Assembly (NCBI RefSeq): GCF_000196555.1
Contig: NC_015067.1
Location: forward strand, 1,320,001 to 1,352,000
Reading direction: 5' to 3'
Source: Bifidobacterium longum subsp. longum JCM 1217
GTDB lineage: Bacteria > Actinomycetota > Actinomycetes > Actinomycetales > Bifidobacteriaceae
Length of the DNA stretch: 32,000 nt
In this document: positions 25,994 to 32,000 of the stretch, in pieces
How positions within the stretch are numbered: the first letter of the stretch is position 1
How the letters are laid out: every line of letters starts with the position of its first letter
The notes under the pieces: generated by a model
Seen by the model: only the letters and a program-made list of their open reading frames with translations
Told to the model about the DNA's origin: nothing
Database searches by the model: none
Made by a program: the position numbers and the translations under genes

Positions 25994-26839
25994 TCACCAG
26001 ACGATTGGCTGCCAACTTGGCATGTGCGGTCCTCGCAGATCGGTCGGCCCGTTCTCCCAGTCGGCGCTGTCGGCGATGGCGGGAGCCTTGTTGTATTCCT
26101 CCAACTCCCACAGGGGCTGTTCGATGGGGGTGCCGTTGACGCTGTGGCGCACTTTGAGCCGGCACCAACAGGCGTTGCGCATGCCGCCGAGTGCGTTCAT
26201 GCCGTCCGGGTCAAGTTCGAGCAGGTTGGAGATGGTGGCGGTAATCCATGAGCCATGGGTGACGAGCATCAGCGTGGTGGGCGTGCTGTCTGAATAGGCG
26301 GAGTCGATGACCAGTGCGCGCACGGCATCGGCACCTCGCTGCCCCACGGCGGCACGGCTTTCCACACCATGCTTGGTTTCGCCCCCAGTGTGCTGTTTCC
26401 AAGAGGCGTAGTCGTCGGCTGCCACGGCTTTGATTTCGGCGCGGGTCATGCCTTCCCACTCGCCGAAGCTGCGTTCACGCAGTCGTTGGTCACAGGTGAC
26501 TGGCAATCCCAAAATATCGGCGAAGGCGTGTGCGGTCTGTTGGGCACGGAACAGGTCGGAGGTCATCACCACCATGCGCCGGCCAGCGGCGGGAGCCTCC
26601 TCGAACTGGCGCGTATCAGTGCGTTCGGCGGCGTCAGGACCGGGCTGGGCGATGGCTTCGGGATGCTCGGCAAGTCGGTTCACCTTGGCCCAGTAATACC
26701 GTGAAGCGAGCGCGAATCCGGTCTGGTCAACCTGCCATTGGCCTACGATGTCGAGCGGCACATCGATCTGGCCTTGCAAGCGATGTTCGAGATTGTATTG
26801 CGTACGGCCATGACGCAGCATCATCACTTCATCGATCAT
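25994..26839 (-). CDS. histidine phosphatase family protein (phosphoglycerate mutase-like)
   Basis: It has the RHG motif MLRHGRTQYN at the N-terminus and a later VTHG motif. 281 aa. Confidence 0.85.
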   Translation of the reverse strand: MIDEVMMLRHGRTQYNLEHRLQGQIDVPLDIVGQWQVDQTGFALASRYYWAKVNRLAEHPEAIAQPGPDAAERTDTRQFEEAPAAGRRMVVMTSDLFRAQQTAHAFADILGLPVTCDQRLRERSFGEWEGMTRAEIKAVAADDYASWKQHTGGETKHGVESRAAVGQRGADAVRALVIDSAYSDSTPTTLMLVTHGSWITATISNLLELDPDGMNALGGMRNACWCRLKVRHSVNGTPIEQPLWELEEYNKAPAIADSADWENGPTDLRGPHMPSWQPIVW

Positions 26840-26907
26840 CGGTTTTCACCACCTCGTTCTCTTGCGGTTTGCCATACTCATCTCAGCACAACCCCTAGAA
26901 TGGCGGC

Positions 26908-28203
26908 ATGGAGATTTCTGAGTCGACTTGGGCGTTCATCGCCAAACACCGCCGTGAAGATGTGCGTGATGTGGCCTTGCACGCCAAGCATGATGGCGAC
27001 GTGGATGTGCCGTTCGCGCTGGAGCAAATTGCCGGCTGGCAGCGCGCTTCACTCAAGCTACCTGACTGGGCGTCCCATGATGGGCTGATTTTCCCGCCGC
27101 AAGTCCCAATGGAACAATGTTCCAGCCAATTCACCGCACAGTACAAGGCTCGGCTGGTACAGCGATTGTTGGCCGAAGAAGCAGTCGACGACGACTCCCC
27201 GACATCCCTAGTCGATCTGACCGGCGGTTTCGGCGTCGACTTTTCTTACATGTCCCGAGTGTTCAATCGTGCCATATATGTGGAACAACAATCCATTTTA
27301 TGTGATATCGCTCGCCATAATTTCCCGATACTCGGCCTTGACCACGCCGAAGTCATCAATGATGATTCAACAGCAGTGCTTGACACGCTTGGCCGAGTCT
27401 CCATGATCTTCCTCGATCCGGCCCGCCGTGACGATCATGGCTCGCGTACCTACGCGATTGCCGATTGCATGCCGGATGTGCTGACCCTGAAGGATATGCT
27501 GCTGGCCAAGGCACCGACGGTCATGGTCAAGCTCTCCCCCATGCTCGACTGGCATAAGACCGTCGCCGATTTCGCCGGCGCGGTACATGAGGTGCATATC
27601 GTCTCCACCGGGAATGAGTGCAAGGAATTGTTGCTGGTGTTGGGGCGCGGCCGTTACGCCTCACCGCTCGTGGTATGTGCTAATGACGAGCAGGTGCTGT
27701 CGTACAAGGCCGGCGATAACAGCGACAATCACACCACTATCAGCGATTCTGCCTTGGCTGCACGCAATACTTGCAATACCGAAGATTCCCTGTCTGAGGA
27801 AAGCGCGAACGACTTCGATTCCTCGCATTGGAAGTACCTTTACGAGCCCAACGCCTCAATCATGAAGGCCGGATGCTTTGATGTTCTCGAACAGCGCTTC
27901 GCCGTGCATCACATCAGCCCGAATAGCCACCTGTTCGTGGCGGCCGAACCTATTGCCGATTTTCCAGGCAGGTCATTCGCCATCGAATCCATCGCCACCA
28001 TGAACAAGAAAGAACTGAAACAGCTATTGGCCGGCCTCACGCACGCCAACATCGCCGTACGCAATTTCCCCCTAACCGTGGCCCAGCTGCGCAAAAAACT
28101 CAAACTCAAGGACGGTGGTAGCACCTACCTCTTCGCCACCACCGACGCCCAAGGCCGTCACCTAGTACTGCGCACTAAAAAGCGAAAAAGTGGCTCCCTC
28201 TGA
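26908..28203 (+). CDS. class I SAM-dependent methyltransferase with C-terminal THUMP-like domain
   Basis: It has SAM motif I VDLTGGFGVD and FLDPARRD. The C-terminal region resembles THUMP-like domains; this is a family-level recognition only. There is no SD, and TAGAAT at 26896-26901 ends 6 nt before the ATG, so the mRNA may be leaderless. Confidence 0.75.
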   Translation: MEISESTWAFIAKHRREDVRDVALHAKHDGDVDVPFALEQIAGWQRASLKLPDWASHDGLIFPPQVPMEQCSSQFTAQYKARLVQRLLAEEAVDDDSPTSLVDLTGGFGVDFSYMSRVFNRAIYVEQQSILCDIARHNFPILGLDHAEVINDDSTAVLDTLGRVSMIFLDPARRDDHGSRTYAIADCMPDVLTLKDMLLAKAPTVMVKLSPMLDWHKTVADFAGAVHEVHIVSTGNECKELLLVLGRGRYASPLVVCANDEQVLSYKAGDNSDNHTTISDSALAARNTCNTEDSLSEESANDFDSSHWKYLYEPNASIMKAGCFDVLEQRFAVHHISPNSHLFVAAEPIADFPGRSFAIESIATMNKKELKQLLAGLTHANIAVRNFPLTVAQLRKKLKLKDGGSTYLFATTDAQGRHLVLRTKKRKSGSL

Positions 28204-28230
28204 CGAGGAAGCCATCAATACGTCAGCTAA

Positions 28231-28635
28231 TCAGTCCTTGGCGATGGTCTTGCCGGCGGTCGGACCGGAGGCAAGGTCCTGGATCTCGGTGACTTCGAGA
28301 ACCGGAATCACGGCCGGCTTCTTGGTGCCCTTTTCCTCGGCGACCTTGACCTGCTCGTTGTAGATGTCGTCGTCAACGTGCAGCACCACGTTGCCGCGGA
28401 AGCGGTAGCCCTGCTTCTTCTCGAGGTTGGCGAAAGCGATGACCAGCGGGGAACCGTTCTTGAGGTTCTCATAGTGCTGGCCGGCGGTGCGCTCGTGGTA
28501 GGCGATGTGCGTGTCGTCCAGCACGAACAGGGACATCTTCGGGCCGAGGTCCAGTTCGCCGTCCTTGGAGACGGTGGTGATCCAGCCAAGGTTGTTCTTG
28601 ATGAATTCCTTGATTTCCGGAGTAATGACTGCCAT
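28231..28635 (-). CDS. pyridoxamine 5'-phosphate oxidase family (FMN-binding split-barrel) protein
   Basis: The frame is trimmed to the ATG at 28635 (MAVITPEIKEFIKNN), 6 nt after AAAGGA, giving 134 aa. The size and beta-rich pattern fit the PNPOx-like family, which is a moderate-confidence family call. Confidence 0.65.
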   Translation of the reverse strand: MAVITPEIKEFIKNNLGWITTVSKDGELDLGPKMSLFVLDDTHIAYHERTAGQHYENLKNGSPLVIAFANLEKKQGYRFRGNVVLHVDDDIYNEQVKVAEEKGTKKPAVIPVLEVTEIQDLASGPTAGKTIAKD

Positions 28636-28913
28636 GTCGAATCCTTTCATGATTGATACGGATAACGTATCCTTACTCTTTCCAGAGTACCGGTTTCGAA
28701 CGCGACTAGCCCGGATGTTCGCTGTGAGTAACCTCACCTTCGCACAGCTTTCATCCGGTTTTTGCCTGCTTGGCGATGCCATGCCCCGGTCGCGCACCAG
28801 CCACACACCTGTCACACACCCGACACCCATCGACCGGTCGATTTTGGCCGGTAGTTCCCGTAATCTGTGAGCCGAGAGAGCCACAAGTTTTCCTAACTGT
28901 CCTGAGGTGCACC

Positions 28914-29849
28914 ATGGGTTTGGTCGAACGTTTCAGCAAGCTGCGCAGCCGCTGGTCCCGCAACTTTCCCCCGAATCTCGCCCGACTCATGTTGCTGGGC
29001 TGCGCTGCATTATGGGGTGGCAGCTATCTGCTCGCCAAATTCGCCATGGAGGCGATTCCGCCCCAATGGCTGATGGGTCTGCGCATGATCGGCGCCTGCC
29101 TGTGCATGCTGGCCTTGTTCCATAAGCACATCGTGCCGTATCTGACGCCGAAAATCATTGTGCCGGCGCTCGTGGTGGGCCTGACCTACTGGGGCACGAT
29201 GGTCACCCAGACCATCGGCCTGCAGACCATTGAACCGGGCCGCAGCGCGTTCCTGACGGCCGCCTACTGCGTACTCACCCCGTTCGCCACGTGGATTATT
29301 TCAAAAAACCGCCCGAAGGCCATCAATCTGGTCGCCGGCGTGATCTGTCTGATCGGCGTCGGCTTCGTCTCGCTGAAGCCGGGCGGTTCGCTGTCGCTGA
29401 GTGCCGGCGACTGGCTGACCATCGCCACCGCGGTCATCTTCTCGTTCAATCTGACCTGCCTTGGTGTCTACACCAAACGCTTCGACCCTATCGCCGTCAC
29501 TTTTGTGCAGTTCGGCGTTGCCGGCGTATTGTTCATCATCGGCGCGTTGTTCACCGAACCCATGCCGAACGCCAGCTGGCTGGCACCCTCAGTAGTGGCC
29601 AGCGTGCTCTATCTGTTCCTCGGCGCCACGATGAGTGCCCAGATCATGCAGAACATCGGTCTGGCTCACGTGCCTGCCTCGCAGGCGTCAATCATCATGT
29701 GTACGGAAAGTCTGTTCGCTGTCACGTTCTCCGCGCTGTTCTGGGGCGAGACAATCATGTGGAGTTCACTGGTGGGCTTTGCGCTGATCTTCGTCGCCGT
29801 GCTGATGTCGGTAATCAAGCCGACCAAACAGTCGCTGCACCGGAACTGA
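28914..29849 (+). CDS. DMT superfamily (EamA-like) transporter
   Basis: The frame is trimmed to the ATG at 28914 (MGLVERF), after TGAGGTG. The protein is 311 aa with about 10 hydrophobic helices arranged as two EamA-like halves. Confidence 0.82.
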   Translation: MGLVERFSKLRSRWSRNFPPNLARLMLLGCAALWGGSYLLAKFAMEAIPPQWLMGLRMIGACLCMLALFHKHIVPYLTPKIIVPALVVGLTYWGTMVTQTIGLQTIEPGRSAFLTAAYCVLTPFATWIISKNRPKAINLVAGVICLIGVGFVSLKPGGSLSLSAGDWLTIATAVIFSFNLTCLGVYTKRFDPIAVTFVQFGVAGVLFIIGALFTEPMPNASWLAPSVVASVLYLFLGATMSAQIMQNIGLAHVPASQASIIMCTESLFAVTFSALFWGETIMWSSLVGFALIFVAVLMSVIKPTKQSLHRN

Positions 29850-30062
29850 CGATTCAGTTTCGGCCATGGATGGTCATGGGTTCTCCATTGCCCTGAACCG
29901 TTACGGTGAAGGCCGAGGCTCTTGAAGGCGTGCAATCGGAAATCGGACTTGGCATCGCCAAACTGCATTTCGAGTTGGGTGCCGGCAACGGCAGCTTCGC
30001 TTGGGCTGCATGACGTTCTGCTGAACGTCGTTTTCGCTCCAAGCGAACCAATTTCGGTTGTT

Positions 30063-30090
30063 CTTTGCGCTACTTTGCGCCACTTTGCGC
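30063..30090. repeat. three helically phased decamer repeats CTTTGCGC(Y)(A)
   Basis: CTTTGCGC occurs at 30063-30070, 30073-30080 and 30083-30090, with exact 10-bp periodicity, inside a 383-nt intergenic region. Confidence 0.6.
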
Positions 30091-30232
30091 TGATTCCCAC
30101 TGCTCATCGGCACCATATTTTTGAGTCATTCCACATTCCGCTGGCTAGGTTTTGAAGGTCTCGTGTAGGCATCCTCTCGGTATCACCGAGCCTTAAGCAA
30201 CCTTCCAGCCCGACACTTTACGGTCGTGTCTT

Positions 30233-31201
30233 GTGAAGAAGTTTTTCGAAGGTCTTTCCCTCTCATCCATCGTGGCGGGCACCCTTGCCGCCGTCACCTC
30301 ATTCTTACTGGCATCGAAAATCGGTATCGCCGGCTCGGTAATCGGCGCGGCAGCCAGCTACATCGTCTCCGCGGTGGCCACCAAAATCTATCAAAACATA
30401 CTCACCGCCTCCGGTGAGAAACTACAGTCGGCCTCGTCTTCCGGCAATGACGATGACACTACGGATAATAAGTCCGATAAGGCAGCCGAATCCGAGTCCG
30501 ATACGACGATGACCGGCATGGTCAATACCGTTTCCACCGCGCGCAAGCCGCGCGAAGTCGTGTCCAATCGAGCGAACGGACGAACCTATTCGGTCAATGA
30601 ACTGCGCAAGGCCCGCTCCCATAATTCGAAGCGCACCGCCATTATCGTCACGCTGGTATCCGGCCTGCTCGCCGTGGCAGTAACCGCCGGCATCGTCATG
30701 CTAGTCACGCAGGGCCGTGGCACGGACCATATCATCACTCCGTCCACCACGCCCACGCAAACCGACACCAAAACGCAGACCGACACGTCCAATCAGAATA
30801 ACGGACTGCCGCAGCCGGGCATTACCGACGGTTCGAATGATTCCAACACCAAGGACTCCACATCCGGCTCGTCCAACGACGGCACCGATTCAAGCACGTC
30901 CGGCTCAACCGGCACCGACTCCTCAACCGATTCCAACACCAATGGATCCACCGATGGTTCGACCGGCACCGATTCCTCCACTAATTCGGGCACGACTGGC
31001 GGTTCCACCGGTTCCGGCACCACCGGAGGCACCACCGGCACCGGCAACGGTTCAACCGGATCGGGTTCAGGATCAGCCAATGGCTCCGGTTCCTCTTCCA
31101 GCTCCACGGGCGGATCATCCAGTTCAAACTCCGGTAATAGCGGTTCGAGCGGCTCCTCAACCGGTAGCAGCAGCGGAACCGGCATCAAATTCATTGGCTG
31201 A
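30233..31201 (+). CDS. membrane protein with Ser/Thr/Gly-rich extracytoplasmic tail
   Basis: 322 aa from GTG 30233. It has an N-terminal hydrophobic segment (LSLSSIVAGTLAAVTSFLLASKIGIAGSVIGAAASYIV), an acidic linker and a second TM (TAIIVTLVSGLLAVAVTAGIVMLV). About 150 aa of T/S/G/N/D low complexity follow. The start codon is uncertain because no SD is visible. Confidence 0.6.
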   Translation: MKKFFEGLSLSSIVAGTLAAVTSFLLASKIGIAGSVIGAAASYIVSAVATKIYQNILTASGEKLQSASSSGNDDDTTDNKSDKAAESESDTTMTGMVNTVSTARKPREVVSNRANGRTYSVNELRKARSHNSKRTAIIVTLVSGLLAVAVTAGIVMLVTQGRGTDHIITPSTTPTQTDTKTQTDTSNQNNGLPQPGITDGSNDSNTKDSTSGSSNDGTDSSTSGSTGTDSSTDSNTNGSTDGSTGTDSSTNSGTTGGSTGSGTTGGTTGTGNGSTGSGSGSANGSGSSSSSTGGSSSSNSGNSGSSGSSTGSSSGTGIKFIG

Positions 31202-31273
31202 CAATCGCCGACTCGATAGCAGCGATGGCGGCAATGCCAGTCAATGACGTGGGGCAATGAGAACATGGAACGT

Positions 31274-31813
31274 ATGACTACCATCATTATGAATACCTCT
31301 GAGGGCAGCATCACCATCAACCTGTTCGACGACAAGGCTCCGAACACCGTGGCCAACTTCCTGGGCCTCGCCACTGGCGAGAAGGAATGGGCGGACCCGT
31401 ACACCGGCCAGCCTTCCCACGGCAAGTTCTACAACGGCCTGATCTTCCACCGTATCATCAAGCAGTTCATGATTCAGGGCGGTTGCCCGCTGGGCACCGG
31501 TACCGGCGGCCCTGGCTACGAGTTCGACGATGAGATCGACCCGAGCCTGAAGTTCGACAAGCCGTACCTGTTGGCTATGGCCAACGCCGGTCTGCGTCGC
31601 GGCATGGACGGTAAGGTCCATGGCACCAACGGCTCCCAGTTCTTCATCACCACCGTGCCGACCCCGTGGCTGGACGGTCACCACACCATCTTCGGTGAGG
31701 TCGCCGATGACGACTCCAAGAAGGTCGTCGATAAGCTCGAAGCACTGGACACCGATCCGATGGATCGCCCGCTCGAGCCGGCCGTGATTCTGTCCGTGGA
31801 CGTGGCGGAGTAA
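31274..31813 (+). CDS. ppiA: cyclophilin-type peptidyl-prolyl cis-trans isomerase
   Basis: Cyclophilin motifs are present: [46 protein letters not shown] and HTIFGEV. I prefer the start at ATG 31274 ([11 protein letters not shown], 179 aa), with ATG 31265 as an alternative. Confidence 0.92.
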   Translation: MTTIIMNTSEGSITINLFDDKAPNTVANFLGLATGEKEWADPYTGQPSHGKFYNGLIFHRIIKQFMIQGGCPLGTGTGGPGYEFDDEIDPSLKFDKPYLLAMANAGLRRGMDGKVHGTNGSQFFITTVPTPWLDGHHTIFGEVADDDSKKVVDKLEALDTDPMDRPLEPAVILSVDVAE

Positions 31814-31847
31814 GACCGACAACATATACGAAAAGGTCCTGATTCTG

Positions 31848-31908
31848 AACCGCACCCCGATTGTTGGACTGAAGTAATTCAGATTCGATGATCGGAGGTG
31901 CGGTTTCT
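31848..31908 (+). terminator. compound hairpin downstream of the PPIase gene
   Basis: AACCGCACC (31848-31856) pairs with GGTGCGGTT (31897-31905) and is followed by TCT. The inner stems are CCGAT/ATCGG and CTGAA/TTCAG. Confidence 0.35.
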
Positions 31909-32000
31909 CATGTGTAGGGATCGCAGGCGTCATTACGATGACGGTTTCATGCGGGTCGTCGCCGACCTGATCCGGGGCGGGGCCGGGAGGCGTTCTCTCG

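Noticed and set aside
26896-26901. TAGAAT as the -10 box of a leaderless promoter for the methyltransferase gene
   Set aside because: The position is right for a leaderless mRNA, 6 nt before the ATG. However, no acceptable -35 lies at 16-18 nt spacing. I mention it only in the evidence for that CDS and do not call it as a feature.
31933-32000. Possible 3' end of a minus-strand gene entering from the right edge (frame ending in TAA at 31933-31935)
   Set aside because: Only about 22 codons are visible and they carry no recognisable motif, so this cannot be supported.

Overview
This is a high-GC (by eye about 60%) actinobacterial chromosome segment. From memory of the protein families, with no search run, gene content and order fit a Bifidobacterium (B. 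longum-group-like) core genome region.

I call 28 protein genes, one of them partial, and three tandem tRNA-Asn genes:
- Minus strand: frr(5' end)-pyrH-tsf-rpsB, then def-fadD-like ligase, an orphan 163-aa gene, and a GuaB3-type IMPDH relative.
- Plus strand: icd and an SBP-like lipoprotein.
- Minus strand: an M23 peptidase.
- Plus strand: 3x tRNA-Asn.
- A long minus-strand run: comEA-comEC-amidohydrolase-holA-tsaE-tsaB-rimI-tsaD.
- Further minus-strand genes: leuS, an amino-acid SBP lipoprotein, corA and a histidine phosphatase.
- Last genes: a THUMP-like SAM methyltransferase (+), a PNPOx-family protein (-), an EamA transporter (+), a Ser/Thr/Gly-rich membrane protein (+) and a cyclophilin PPIase (+).

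Many ORF-track starts are over-extended. I trimmed them using RBS position, neighbouring stops and conserved N-termini.

This is essentially a housekeeping, syntenic region. I see no integrase, transposase, CRISPR array, toxin-antitoxin pair or defence gene, and no convincing novel multigene system.

The signals that annotation does not explain are all modest:
1. A 51-nt element, 44/51 identical between two copies, sits upstream of the M23 peptidase and of comEA. It contains a 29-nt imperfect palindrome and a perfect TTATCCACA box.
2. A REP-like stem-loop repeat family has three copies, all 3' of minus-strand operons.
3. An exact 116-bp tandem tRNA-Asn array encodes CCA only in the last copy.
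4. An AT-rich 21-bp-stem hairpin lies after icd.
5. A 380-nt intergenic region carries three helically phased decamers and possible gene relics.
6. Several proteins show oddities: ComEC has no beta-lactamase domain, the GuaB3 relative has Ser in place of the catalytic Cys, and the acyl-CoA ligase has a heptad-repeat tail.
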